Counted from the first letter of the stretch, positions 12,700-28,657 are shown. The stretch is 64,000 bases of DNA from Eledone cirrhosa (GCA_964016885.1 OZ024754.1:38006001-38070000); one strand, 5' to 3'. Numbers and translations are program-made. Notes: generated by a model from the letters alone, not told the origin.

Positions 12700-15600
12700 A
12701 ACATATATACATCCAGCCATAGAAAACTTGGTAAACAAAGGTTTAGTTGTATCAAAGAGATGACAACCTCCTTGGGTGCTGGTACCACAATAAAATTGCT
12801 CGGGTGCATTCAAAAGGCTGCAGGAATGTTTATAAGTGAAATGAGGATCCCTAACTTGTCTGAGACCAGAGGCTCCTATTAAGTAATAACTTAGAACAGA
12901 CATTAAATGATGATGATGACGATACATACCAATCAGTTGTTCTTGACACAAATTCATTCCCACAGATCCTTACGCACTTACAATTTAACCTTTGGTATTG
13001 AAAATGTATCCTTCATCCTCCACATCTGACATAAAGGTTCTCTTATTTACTTAGAAATAGATGTGGAATTTGCCATGGAGATATCAGTGTTTTGGTCATG
13101 AGTACATCCCAGTAATGTTGACAATATAGTTATCTAACTATATCCCAGTAATGTTGACAATGTAGTTATTATCTAACTATATCACAGCAGAGTTGACAAT
13201 GTAGTTATTATCTAACTATATCCCAGTAATGTTGACAATATAGTTATTATCTAACTATATCACAGCAGAGTTGACAATGTAGTTATTATCTAACTATATC
13301 CCAGTAATGTTGACAATATAGTTATTATCTAACTATATCACAGCAGAGTTGACAATGTAGTTATTATCTAACTATATCCCAGTAATGTTGACAATATAGT
13401 TATTATCTAACTATATCACAGCAGAGTTGACAATGTAGTTATTATCTAACTATATCCCAGTAATGTTGACAATATAGTTATTATCTAACTATATCACAGC
13501 AGAGTTGGCAATGTAGTTATTATCTAACTATATCCCAGTAATGTTGACAATATAGTTATTATCTAACTATATCACAGCAGAGTTGACAATGTAGTTATTA
13601 TCTAACTATATCCCAGTAATGTTGACAATATAGTTATTATCTAACTATATCACAGCAGAGTTGACAATGTAGTTATTATCTAACTATATCCCAGTAATGT
13701 TGACAATGTAGTTATTATCTAACTATATCACAGTAATGTTGACAATATAGTTATTATCTAACTATATCCCAGTAATGTTGACAATGTAGTTATTATCTAA
13801 CTATATCCCAGTAATGTTGACAATGTAGTTATTATCTAACTATATCCCAGTAATGTTGACAATATAGTTATTATCTAACTATATCACAGCAGAGTTGACA
13901 ATATAGTTATTATCTAACTATATCCCAGTAATGTTGACAATATAGTTATTATCTAACTATATCCCAGTAATGTTGACAATATAGCTATTATCTAACTATA
14001 TCCCAGTAATGTTGACAATGTAGTTATCTAACTATATCCCAGTAATGTTGACAATGTAGTTATTATCTAACTATATCCCAGTAATGTTGACAATATAGTT
14101 ATTATCTAACTATATCCCAGTAATGTTGACAATATAGCTATTATCTAACTATATCCCAGTAATGTTGACAATGTAGTTATCTAACTATATCCCAGTAATG
14201 TTGACAATGTAGTTATTATCTAACTATATCCCAGTAATGTTGACAATGTAGTTATTATCTAACTATATCCCAGTAATGTTGACAATGTAGTTATTATCTA
14301 ACTATATCCCAGTAATGTTGACAATATAGTTATTATCTAACTATATCCCAGTAATGTTGACAATGTAGTTATTATCTAACTATATCCCAGTAATGTTGAC
14401 AATGTAGTTATTATTTAACTATATCCCAGTAATGTTGACAATATAGTTATTATCTAACTATATCACAGCAGAGTTGACAATATAGTTATTATCTAACTAT
14501 ATCCCAGTAATGTTGACAATATAGTTATTATCTAACTATATCCCAGTAATGTTGACAATATAGTTATTATCTAACTATATCCCAGTAATGTTGACAATAT
14601 AGCTATTATCTAACTATATCCCAGTAATGTTGACAATGTAGTTATCTAACTATATCCCAGTAATGTTGACAATGTAGTTATTATCTAACTATATCCCAGT
14701 AATGTTGACAATATAGTTATTATCTAACTATATCCCAGTAATGTTGACAATATAGCTATTATCTAACTATATCCCAGTAATGTTGACAATGTAGTTATCT
14801 AACTATATCCCAGTAATGTTGACAATGTAGTTATTATCTAACTATATCCCAGTAATGTTGACAATGTAGTTATTATCTAACTATATCCCAGTAATGTTGA
14901 CAATGTAGTTATTATCTAACTATATCCCAGTAATGTTGACAATGTAGTTATTATCTAACTATATCCCAGTAATGTTGACAATATAGTTATTATCTAACTA
15001 TATCCCAGTAATGTTGACAATGTAGTTATTATCTAACTATATCACAGCAGAGTTGACAATATAGTTATTATCTAACTATATCCCAGTAATGTTGACAATA
15101 TAGTTATTATCTAACTATATCCCAGTAATGTTGACAATGTAGTTATCTAACTATATCCCAGTAATGTTGACAATGTAGTTATTATCTAACTATATCCCAG
15201 TAATGTTGACAATGTAGTTATTATCTAACTATATCCCAGTAATGTTGACAATATAGCTATTATCTAACTATATCCCAGTAATGTTGACAATGTAGTTATT
15301 ATCTAACTATATCCCAGTAATGTTGACAATGTAGTTATTATCTAACTATATCCCAGTAATGTTGACAATGTAGTTATTATCTAACTATATCCCAGTAATG
15401 TTGACAATATAGCTATTATCTAACTATATCCCAGTAATGTCGACAATGTAGTTATTATCTAACTATATCCCAGTAATGTTGACAATGTAGTTATTATCTA
15501 ACTATATCCCAGTAATGTTGACAATGTAGTTATTATCTAACTATATCCCAGTAATGTTGACAATATAGCTATTATCTAACTATATCCCAGTAATGTTGAC

Positions 15601-17990
15601 AATGTAGTTATTATCTAACTATATCCCAGTAATGTTGACAATGTAGTTATTATCTAACTATATCCCAGTAATGTTGACAATGTAGTTATTATCTAACTAT
15701 ATCCCAGTAATGTTGACAATGTAGTTATTATCTAACTATATCCCAGTAATGTTGACAATATAGCTATTATCTAACTATATCCCAGTAATGTTGACAATGT
15801 AGTTATTATCTAACTATATCCCAGTAATGTTGACAATGTAGTTATTATCTAACTATATCCCAGTAATGTTGACAATGTAGTTATTATCTAACTATATCCC
15901 AGTAATGTTGACAATATAGCTATTATCTAACTATATCCCAGTAATGTCGACAATGTAGTTATTATCTAACTATATCCCAGTAATGTTGACAATGTAGTTA
16001 TTATCTAACTATATCCCAGTAATGTTGACAATATAGTTATTATCTAACTATATCCCAGTAATGTTGACAATATAGCTATTATCTAACTATATCCCAGTAA
16101 TGTTGACAATGTAGTTATTATCTAACTATATCCCAGTAATGTTGACAATGTAGTTATTATCTAACTATATCCCAGTAATGTTGACAATATAGTTATTATC
16201 TAACTATATCCCAGTAATGTTGACAATGTAGTTATTATCTAACTATACCCCAGTAATGTTGACAATATAGTTATTATCTAACTATATCCCAGTAATGTTG
16301 ACAATGTAGTTATTATCTAACTATATCCCAGTAATGTTGACAATGTAGTTATCTAACTATATCCCAGTAATGTTGACAATGTAGTTATTATCTAACTATA
16401 TCCCAGTAATGTTGACAATGTAGTTATTATCTAACTATACCCCAGTAATGTTGACAATGTAGTTATTATCTAACTATATCCCAGTAATGTTGACAATATA
16501 GTTATTATCTAACTATATCCCAGTAATGTTGACAATGTAGTTATTATCTAACTATATCCCAGTAATGTTGACAATGTAGTTATCTAACTATATCCCAGTA
16601 ATGTTGACAATGTAGTTATTATCTAACTATATCCCAGTAATGTTGACAATATAGTTATTATCTAACTATATCCCAGTAATGTTGACAATGTAGTTATTAT
16701 CTAACTATACCCCAGTAATGTTGACAATATAGTTATTATCTAACTATATCCCAGTAATGTTGACAATGTAGTTATTATCTAACTATATCCCAGTAATGTT
16801 GACAATGTAGTTATCTAACTATATCCCAGTAATGTTGACAATGTAGTTATTATCTAACTATATCCCAGTAATGTTGACAATATAGTTATTATCTAACTAT
16901 ATCCCAGTAATGTTGACAATGTAGTTATCTAACTATATCCCAGTAATGTTGACAATGTAGTTATTATCTAACTATATCCCAGTAATGTTGACAATGTAGT
17001 TATTATCTAACTATATCCCAGTAATGTTGACAATGTAGTTATTATCTAACTATATCCCAGTAATGTTGACAATATAGCTATTATCTAACTATATCCCAGT
17101 AATGTTGACAATGTAGTTATCTAACTATATCCCAGTAATGTTGACAATGTAGTTAGTATCTAACTATATCCCAGTAATGTTGACAATATAGTTATTATCT
17201 AACTATATCCCAGTAATGTTGACAATATAGCTATTATCTAACTATATCCCAGTAATGTTGACAATGTAGTTATTATCTAACTATATCCCAGTAATGTTGA
17301 CAATATAGTTATTATCTAACTATATCCCAGTAATGTTGACAATGTAGTTATTATCTAACTATATCCCAGTAATGTTGACAATGTAGTTATTATCTAACTA
17401 TATCCCAGTAATGTTGACAATATAGCTATTATCTAACTATATCCCAGTAATGTTGACAATATAGTTATCTAACTATATCCCAGTAATGTTGACAATGTAG
17501 TTATTATCTAACTATATCCCAGTAATGTTGACAATGTAGTTATTATCTAACTATATCACAGCAGAGTTGATGAGTTAGCCATTATCTAACACAAAGTAGA
17601 TATAAAATGCTGGAGGGAGTCAAGTACTCTCAGTCACTTAACACAAATAAAACCAGGATATTCACCGGCCTCTTGAGCCTCCAGGTTTGAGGTAGACTTT
17701 AGACTTTAGATATTATTAACCACATGCTGTCATATGGAATGTCTTGGCACTGCTGTCCTTTTTCAGGTTTAACCACGGCTGATTTTTTTTCAGAGGGAGG
17801 TGGAGAAAAAGGAAGAGAGAGTACTGGACTAGACAGATACTTCATTTATCAACCCTGATAGGATAGAAAGCTAAGTTGACTTAGGTAGATTTTGAACTCA
17901 GAACAGCAACGAATATAGCAAAGCATTCTATTTGCTTCCCAAATAACGTCACACTCACACAGATAACATGCTTGCTTGCATGCATATATG

Positions 17991-18057
<67 letters not shown>

Positions 18058-21000
18058 GTTATTGGCAGCCACCCTGTGATCGAGTATGGCTATCAAACAA
18101 CATCAGCTTGAGCCCTGTGGAAGAAGGGGAGATGAGGAAGAGAGAGGAGGAGGAGGAAGAGGAAAGAGGGAGTGGGTGGAAGTGGAGGAGGTTTAGAGGT
18201 GGAGGAGGTTTAGAGGTTAGTGAAAAAAGAAGGGAAGGGTTGGCAGGGAGAGAAATGTTAGATGGAAGTCTTACACTCTGAAAAGACCATAGTGGCTTGT
18301 AATTTCAAGTCTGTCTAACTTGCTTTGTAAGATCTTTAACTGTGTTGGCAATTTAGAATTACTGCCGACATCAATGACAGTATATGGTACCTGAAAACAA
18401 ACAATACAAGTTAGTAAGGAAATAAGGCAAACAGCACAGCGAAAGAAACACAATATTTTAATCCTTTAGCATTTACATTACTCTATATTTATCAATATAT
18501 TTTCACAGTAAAGGCTTTATCTCACATAATATCGAATCTATGAGATTTTGATATTATTTATTTTAAGAACAATAGCTTAACATCAGTATGAGCAGCCTGT
18601 TATAGCCGTTTTGAACAGAAAGAGGTGAGAGAATTCTGGCTGGATATGGCTAGTTTAAATGCTAAAGGGTTAAGACTTTTATTACCATATTTCTAATGAA
18701 AAACTCAATCTATCATTTACAAATCATCATCATCATCATCTTCTTTCTGAGAGTCCTCAAACACTCCTTCCAGCAGGTCCTGTCAGAAGCAACCATTTCC
18801 AACTGATCTCGCTGGATCCCCAAGTGAGACCAGCCAAGCTCATGGATCATATTCAACCATCTTGCTCAGTTTACCCGTGGGTCTCCTGCTGGTTGGTTTT
18901 GCCTGTAAATTCTGTCCAGCAATTCTTTCCTCAGACATTCTAACCACATGCCCATAGTATCGGAACTGTGATATCTCGATTCAGAGAAGTAGCGGTTTGA
19001 ATGCTAAAAGGTTAAAGTTATATCATTTAAAGGTTTTATCACCCATAAGCCCCAACCAGTCTCCACCCCTTTTAGTTTAGAGATGAAAGATTCTTTTGCT
19101 TATATTTCATTTTTTATTTTGGGAAAGGGGTTGGACTATCTATTAGACCATAGTCCAATGGCTAACACCATCTATTATACCACAGTCCAATAGTTAACAC
19201 TATCTATTATACCACAGTCCAATAGCTAACACTATCTATTAGACCAAAGACCAGTGTTTTCTAGTGAATAAGACACTTGGCAATGATTAGACAACAGAGA
19301 GACAGCAAATACTGAAACATGGAACCAATCTTTCATCTCTAAATATTATGTTAACCCTTTAGCATTTAAACTGGTCATATCTGGCCAAAATTCTCTTACC
19401 TCATTCTGTTCAAACTGGCCGTAACCGGTTGCTCATACTTATGTTAAGGTATTCTTCTCAAACTAAATAATATCAAAATCTTGTAGATTCGATATTATGT
19501 GATATAATTATGTGATGTAAAGTCTTAACCGTGAAAATATAATAATGTTTATGCTAAATGGTTAATAGTCTGAAAAATTAGTATTGTATTAACAACTCAA
19601 CTACTCAGGCATTTATGCATTTAACCAAAAAATATTACCTTTTCAATTACCATATTTCCAATGAAATACCCTCACTATATGTTTCAATTAGTTTTGAAAA
19701 TCATCAACATTTTGGAAGAATTTAATATAATTAACTTTTTCCTTATTAAGCCAATGTTTGGAACATTACTTGATGAAAATTTGCTAAAAACACTTTGATA
19801 TAGGCTTTAATATATGTATATTTATTTTTGTATCATAAAACCAGGGCAGTTTCAGGTGGTTTGGTATCAAAAGAGTTAATTAAAATACATCAACCCCCAA
19901 CCCCCCAAAAAAATTATAAAAGCAGGTTGACAAAATAAATAAAACATTTAACATATAAATATAACATTTAAAAGGAAATAAAATATATTATATTGGAAAA
20001 GACCATAAATTTCATTGAGTCAATTATATTATCCCCTAATAGTACTGCCTCCCTTATATTATGAATCCCTGAAGGATAAAAAGCTAAAAGAGCAAACTTG
20101 TCTGAATTTGAGTGTAAAGAGACAGAGGCATAGCCGTGGGATTAAGGAGTTCACATTGCAATTATATGGATCTGAGTTCAGTCACACAGTGTGACCACCT
20201 TGGGCAAGTCTTCTGCTATAGACTTAGGTTGATCAATGACTTGTGAGAAAAATTTGGTATATGGAAACTGCTGTAGCCCATTATATATATATATATGGAG
20301 GCACATGGCTTAGTGGTTAGAGCATTGGCCTTGCAATCGAAAGGTTGTGAGTTCAATTCTCAGACCGGGTGATGTGTTGTTTCCTTGAGCAAGACACTTT
20401 ATTTCACATTGCTCCAGTTTACTCAGCTGTAGAAATGAGATAATAGGGACTGGGGTCCATATCATTCCACTGCAAAGTGGTCGTGGAGGTGCCACGGCAA
20501 AAAAGCACCCAGCACTCACTGTAAATGAGGTTGGTGTTAGGAAGGGCATCCAGCCGTAGAAATCAAGCCAGCATCAGTTCCCGTCCCACCCTTGCAAGCA
20601 GGGAAAAAGCGGACGTAAAATGAAATGATGATGATGATGATATGTTTTCATTGGTGGGAATTCTACTTGTTTAAATTCTACCAACCAATCAGTGTACTCT
20701 TTCCGCAATCGTCCTCCTAATTTTAGAGGTCCCGTACTAGCACAATGGTGAACTGATAAAACCAGGAAGCTAGCAGACGTGCTAATCATGCACACCCTAT
20801 AGACTGATATCTTATTGTATGAACAACTCTGCTGATGAGTTGTAATTAGCCTAGATTGCGTAACATTTGCTGACACTACACAATCCTTTGCATGTAACAT
20901 ATTTAACAATTGTTATAAGTGGAAGATTACAATGAAATGGAATTCCATCCAGGAGATCGATTAGTGTTACCAATACCTGAACACTGCCATAAAACTCACT

Positions 21001-24000
21001 AATCAATTAATTGTGTCCACTCTGTTACACAACGTGCAGCCAATCAACTGCATACTTATCTCAAGTGTGTGAGCTATGTATATGTCTGTGTATATATATG
21101 TATATATAAACACACATACATGTGTGTATGTTTATGTCCTCTAACTTTACAATTAAACAAAATAAGGATCGATAAAGTAAATACCAGACTTGAAAAAATA
21201 AGAAATGGGGTACTGGGATCAATATGGTGAACTAAATCACGGTAGTGCCTGGATTATAAATATAGCTTGACCAGTTGATAATACGGTATGCGACAGAAAA
21301 GGAAAAAAAAAGAGTGATATGCATGACAGGTTAACCTGGGAGGTTAAGCAGTTGTAGTCACTGAAAAAGGTAGTAGTAATACCAATAATAGTTGGAGCCT
21401 AGTAAAGGTCTTGACAAATACATCGTACAAATAGGGGTTGCAATATAGGTGGAGCACTTATAGAAAACAGCACTGCTTGGAACAGCTGGAATACTCCAGA
21501 GAGTGATTGAAAAATAAGGGGTGTTACCTCAGTTCACTGACAGTGAACAGCTGACACTGTAATACATCAGTGTTAGAATGATAATAATAAAATAAAGTAC
21601 AAGTCAAGTACTTGAGGCAATTTAATCGACTTTCCCTTCTTCCAAAAAATTGCTGGCCTTATGCCTGAATTAGAAATAATTATAATTATTATTTGTGTTT
21701 TTCCTCTCCCTGCAGTTTTGTTTCTATTTCTTGCCGAGTGTCTTCCCATTATTATAATGTAGATTTCCGTATCGGTAGAGTGTCAGACAATATGCTTTGT
21801 GGCACATAGTTATGGCTCTTTACGTTCTGAGTTCAACACTTAGCCATACGCTATATCACATCGCTTATATAAATGTTCGTATATTTGCATCATAATGTTT
21901 ATATTTCTGTCGCTAATTTTCTCCGTTTTCATTTTCATAACATTTCACCGTAATGCAGTTTATATATAATATCGTCTTTTTTAAATATATCCTGGATTAC
22001 TTTACTGATTACAGAAGAGAGTGTAGCATAGTCTCTCTTCAATTTCTGTGCATATTCTCAATTTAATTTTTATTTGATGTATCATATTTACATGCATGTA
22101 TATTTGCGTATAATATGTACACTACACATGCTAGCAGGAAACCACCTGAAGAGTGGTTTCCTGCAAGTGAAAATAATAAACGAGAGTCTGGATAAACTAA
22201 AACAATATTCAGTGGCTTTTGATTATGAATCAATTATTTCACCTAATTAACTTCTTTTTCCCCTTCTTTTATGCAAATTAGTCAAATTACTGTCAAACTA
22301 AGTGAAAGCAAAGAACTAAACTATAAAAAACAACACACAACAAAAACAAATCAAAGGGTTAGAAAACAAGAAAACTGCTACAGTATGGCCAGAATCGTGA
22401 TGATTTGTGACCAATTAAAACTAAAATATGCACAATATAATTCATGCAACTACTCTTGGGTCCCAAATAATAGGGGGGAGCAGGGTTGGGCATTTGCTTA
22501 ACCCTTTAGCATTTAAACCGGCCACATCCAGTCAGGATTCTCTCACCTCTTTCTGTACAAACTGGTCGCTCATACTTATGTTAAGGTATTGTTCTCAAAA
22601 TAAATAATACCAAAATCTCGTAGATTCAATATGACGTGAAATAATTATGTAAGGTAAAGCCTTTACCATGAAAATACAATAGTAAATATAGAGTAATGTA
22701 AATACTAAAGGGTTAAATTCACCTCCACCCAAATATTTCCCCATACTTCACACACACATTCCAGTTATAAAGACCTAAATAAAAAAAATATCACTCCTTT
22801 TGTAGGTGGTGCTGGGGGTGGATTAGTTCATGCTTATGTACAGTGGTGTATGTGTGCGTGTGGATGAAGGTGTGAATGTGTAATTACATGTGTATGTAAC
22901 AATATGTATGAGTGCATTTATGCTATGTAAATAGCTTGAATATGTGTATCGGTGTATGTGTAAGTACTCGTGTGCTTACACATACCTCTCTACACCCCGC
23001 CCCTAAAGATCCTGACATGTGACTACACCTCTTACATTATCAGAGGTCACGCTTCCCACCTAATCCTCCTACACTTACCATATATCCATAACATCATACC
23101 TATCTCCCTTCTCTTACACTCCACCCCCACAGATCATTGAGGGCTCGTCAGTTGAGACAAAAACTGAACATCTGTAGTGCTGGTGCCACAAAAATGCACT
23201 CCGTATACAATGTAAGGTGGTTGGCAATAGGAAGGGCACCCCACTGTAGATATAGCATACTAAAAAAGGTCACAAGGACTCTTCAGTTGTGTCTCCCTAT
23301 TGTTGGTGATCTACACGATAAATGCACCCAGTACACTCTGTAAAGTGGTTGATGAAAAGAATGGGATCCAGCTTGTAGAAATATTGTTGATCAATAGGTT
23401 AGGAAGACTTTTCAGCTATGTCAAAGACATGACAACTTCACTAGTGTTGGTTTCACAATAAAATCCACTTGACAGAGCGCAGGACCATATATAAACAAGA
23501 TGGAGGCACTCAGTCCATCTGAAAGATCAGTAGCCCCACTGGAGTATTGAATTCGTCTGAAGACCGAGCCAAATGTTGCTAACAGGGAAAACAGACATGA
23601 AATGATGATAATGATATATATCCCAGCTGTAAAAACTAATAATTAGCCACATCGATTTCCATAGATCAATATTAGTTTTGTATTTGTGTCACATAGCCTA
23701 CAGTTGTCCAAACTAAATAACATCTGTTGCAGAATTACACCAGACTGAATGGAAAACCTGTTAAGATTTTGAGGGCCCAATTCACTCCCTGTAACCAAGC
23801 ACAGTTATGTCTGTGGTCATTTTCTAGTTGCTTGGTTTCCTTTGCAGTGAAAGCTCATGGCTGACTAGTTAGAGGGTTGGGGAGTTCAATTCCCTGACCA
23901 AGCAGCATGTCCTTGCGCAAGACACTATTTCACATTGCTCCAGTTCACTCAGTAATAAAAATGAGTTGTGACGTCAATGGTGCCAAGCTGTATTGGTTTT

Positions 24001-27000
24001 TACCATTCCTTTGGCCAATATTGGTGGTGTAGAGGGAAAACTAGTATTCAAGGGTGACTGCTAGTCTTCTACAAAGAACCTCGCCTAGGCTTATGTCTCA
24101 GAGGGGAGCTTTCTAGGTGCCAAACCGATGGTCATTGAAGACTGAAGAGGGGTCTTTACCCTTTAGTTTCCTGTTGACTAAGTCGAAAGGGAGATGCAAT
24201 AAAAGAAAGGGAGAAATAAAGAAAGAGTTGGTATTTAAATTTAAAAACACTTGATGACAAATCAGTATATGTCTGAGAGGTTTACATTTTAATAGGAATT
24301 TTAAAGAGATACACAAGGGACATAATATATATTTCAATGAGAACTAATTCAAACAAATACACACACACTCATAAATGTACCAACACATACACACACATTC
24401 ACACAAATGCATGCACACATACACACACACTCATAAATGTGCCTACACATACACACGGCAGTGGTATTGAAACAGGATGTGCTGAATCATTATAATGTCA
24501 TCTTGACATCTATAACACTGCTTTATAAAATAACTCGACATGCCAGAAATAACAGCCAAATATCCCTCAAATTACACCCTAATGACTTAAAAAAAAAAAA
24601 AAGAACATGCTGGATGAAAAAGACATGATGATCATGACTGGAATGCCTTTGTTCATGTCTGCTTGATTGGGGCTGACTTAGAGCTAAACAACAACAGCTG
24701 AAGTATCAAGCCAATGAAGAAACCTTAGTGTGGTTGCTGGACTTGCTAGAAATTGAAGCCAAATCACATTGAGCTAAAGTGTTTTATACATACATATATA
24801 TATATACACACACAAATATATATATATATATATATTTACATACATACATATACATTCACATGAGGAAGGCATAGCATATTGTTAATATGATATCCCTGAA
24901 ATATATATAATGAAATAAATATGGTTTTATAAATATAGTTTCCATTTATTTAATATCGTATATATATATATATATACATACATACACATACATATATGAA
25001 GGGCAGCCAGCTGTAGAAACCAAGCCAAAATCAGTTCTGTGTGAGCAAAACACGGTACTCCAACCTAGATGTCTCACAACAGGACAGCATGTCTAACCTA
25101 TGCTAGTGTAGAAAATGGACATTAAATGATGATGATGATACATACATATGTGTTAGCACGTTAATGACCTGACAATCTCTCTGGTTCCATGATAAAATGC
25201 ACCCAGTGCACTCTGTAAAGTGCTTAGCATTCAGAAGGGCATCCATCTGTAGAAACTTTGCCAAAATCGTAATATATGTAAGCAGAATGTGATCCCCGAC
25301 CTGTCTAAGATGACAATAGCTATCATGAAGTACTGACTTGGCCTGTGACTACCAGTCTAACCCATGGCAGCATAGAAAAACATTAAATAATAGGTTACAC
25401 ACCCACAAGATTATTAACCATATTTCCAACAACAGCCCTGGGCACATTTTTGAATTCCATGTGTCTAACACCTGTTGACATGCTTACAAAATTAGAAAAC
25501 AGTACAACTCCCATGACTTTCGGAAACATTTTTTCACGCTCAGAGTTGCTGAAGCATGGAACTGGGACACTGCATCCTTCAAAACTGCCATGCTTCCCAA
25601 AATTCGTCAACACTCCACCTGATATTCCCCTTCAATAAACATACATGCGCGCGTGTGTGTGTCATGCACTGTTCACTTTCCTGACTTTTGTACATTATTC
25701 TCTGTACTATACATGCACTTTTGATAAGTTGTAGTGCACCCGAGCACTGTACACAATAATTTTCATTATTATTATTTCCAAAACACAATCCAAAGAGATT
25801 TTAGTTATGGAGTGTGCATATATGTGTGCGTGTGTTTATGTATGTGTGTGAATGTTTATGTGTGCATGTAATGTATGAATGAGTTTGTATGAATTTGTGT
25901 CCATAATAGTTAATTAAAGGGACGGGTTTAAATCTTTGGCGTAAACAGCAAAAACAAACAAAAACAACAGCCATGATTAGTATGAAATGTTAACGATTAT
26001 TAATTATTATTATTATTGTTGTTATTGTCTTCATTCTCTCACTACCACTCTCTAGTCAGATGTACCTTTCCAGGGAGCCATAAGGGGCAGCAATTCGAAA
26101 TGGCGCAACTGTGTCATGGAGTTCTTTGATTTCAGGGCACACTGTTGATAAAGCCTGCTTATGGAGATGGGAGAGAGGCACCTTGAAAGAAAACAATATT
26201 TACACATTCATAGAGGCTCCATTCACAGAGATAAAACAAGAGCTTAAACTATGAGAAAATGATCAAGGAATGAAATCTGGAAAAAGCAGAATTTTGATGA
26301 AGTTGAACTCAACCATACAACTGTCATTTGATGGCTAAGATCTTTGATACTTACATCCTACCAGTTGTGTTATATGGTCTTGACTGTGGTAATTGGACGA
26401 CAAGGTCACTTCAGAAGCTCTCTACATTCCAGAACCACATCATGAGACTTATGACTGGCAAGCAGCTCAGCGACCGTATCTGTATCAGTGAGCTGCTCAA
26501 TATTACCAGACTTAGACCAATTACATCAATTGTCAAGTCAATAATACTCAAACTATACGGCCATATATAAAGATCAACTCATGGTGTGATAGGTTATGCC
26601 TGGAAGGAAGATTAGCTGGTAAAAAAAGCAGAGGCCGACAGCCAAAACGATGGCTCGATAATGTCAACTTTATGGACTGGACTTGATCTTTGCTCTTTGA
26701 ATTCTGCTGCTGGTGATCGAACTTTGTGGAGAGCGAGATCTCGTGTTGATGAGCAGTCTGCAACTGGCGGAGTTTAGCGTCACAAGAAGAATACAACTGA
26801 CAGTTGTATGGTTAGTTTGAGGGTCAAAAAATAATATACAGTGGAACCTCGGATCACAAATTCATTCATTCTTGAAAGCCATTAGTCACCTGAAAGGTTC
26901 GTAAACTGAAACTATTTTCCCTCATATGAAGTGTTGAGAGAGAAATCCAGTGAGAGAGAGAGTGTGTGTGAAAGGCAGATAGATATCGCCATAGTACCTA

Positions 27001-27467
27001 ACTAAACAGAAAGTGACACTGTCCCACCGATACTCCCAGCTTGTCGCCAACCGTTGTTGCCGGTTTGAGCATTCGTTACTTGAGACACTGTTCATCAACC
27101 AAGATGTGTAATGTTCGGAAAAATTGTTCGTGAACCAATTTGTTCATGATGAGAAGCATTCGTGAACCAAGAATCCGTTGTATATATGTATATATATGTG
27201 TGTATATATATATAATTGGTGTTGGATGCTTAACGCGTCCGTATGCGGTAGGCCGTATGAGCACTCGATGCCCTCATAGAGCAGAGTATGATATCACAGA
27301 AAAAAGAGAATCTGCTTCGTAGAATCGAGATGTATCCGAGGAGGACCGCGCGATTTCAGAGTCAGGTTTGATCCCCTTATCAATCGTGCCTAGAGCTGGT
27401 CGCCCGAGAAATAATTGTAATATGTCCAATAAATTCCTTTCGTCGCTACACTGATTCTCTTTTTTCT

Positions 27468-27504
<37 letters not shown>

Positions 27505-28588
27505 TAAAGTGAAAATAATTATCATATTATTAACAGGCTGTGTGGTTAAGATGTTCACTCTGTAACCACATGATTTCAGGTGCAGTCCCACTTGCAGTGC
27601 AACTTCGTCTTCTGCAGATTGACAAATGCATTGAAACTGAAATTTGGTAGACAGAAACTGTGCTGAAGCACTTTGTGTGAGTGTGTGTGAATGTGTATGT
27701 GTGAGTACCTGTGTGTGTGAGTGTATAAGTGTGTCTATGTGTATGTATGTGAGTGTGTATGTTTTGTCTATGTCCTGTAACTTAACTGTCAAACAAATGG
27801 AGATCAATGTTGGGATGTGCAAAGGCTAGAAGGAAATGAGGTTAGTACAGTCTGTTGAAAGTGTAACATGTGTGTGCATGAAGGACAGAAGACTAATGAG
27901 CTGAGAGAAAAAACAGAGTATAATAGGAAACAGCTGGTATCGACATGTGATGTGTCAAGAGGATGAAAAACTGAGTAAAGAAGTTACAAGCAATCCAAGT
28001 GGAAGGAGGTTGTGGGAAAGGAAGACTGAGGAAGACAGAAAAAGTCATGAAAGATGATCTGAGGAGACTGAATCTTAACAAGAAGATGATAAATGAATGT
28101 GACATGTGATGAGACATTGTGCTGGAAAAACCACATCCAAACCATATAAGAATGAAAAAATAGATATAAAAAGACAACGATAATATATATTTATGTGTAT
28201 AACATCATCATCATCATCATTTAATGTCCGTCTTGTCTGTAAACACGGGTGGGACAGTTCTTCATAAACCAAATCAGTATTTAACCCATTAGCATTTAAA
28301 CAGGCTGTATCCAGCCAGAATTCTCTCACCTTTTTCAAACCGGTCTTAACTGGCCACTGATACCGACATTAAGGTATTGTTTTTAAAATAAATAATATCA
28401 GAATCTCATAGATTCGATATTATGTGAGATAATTATGTAAGATAAAGCCTTTACTGTGAAAATACAATAGTAAATATAGAGTAATGTAAATGGTAAAGGG
28501 ATAAACGGAACCACTGACTTCTCAAATGGGTTGAGAGCCTATATCTTGCTTACATATGTTTCTGTGCTCTACCAAGTTCATTTTATCT

Positions 28589-28621
<33 letters not shown>

Positions 28622-28625
28622 TTAC

Positions 28626-28657
<32 letters not shown>

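Noticed and set aside
11745-12963. Long YI/CM-rich ORFs (also at 28531-30328 and 39648-40223)
   Set aside because: Translations of (TA)n/(TACA)n microsatellites.
13105-17590. CRISPR-like appearance of a regularly repeated palindromic unit
   Set aside because: No unique spacers and no cas genes; it is a head-to-tail satellite in a eukaryotic intron.
19990-20030. Possible third exon-12 copy (minus strand reads LNEIYGLFQ)
   Set aside because: In-frame TGA just upstream, no VPY start and no donor at the expected position; probably chance.
20297-20370. SINE heads as functional tRNA genes
   Set aside because: A and B boxes are present, but they continue into SINE bodies in many dispersed copies and lack a paired acceptor stem.
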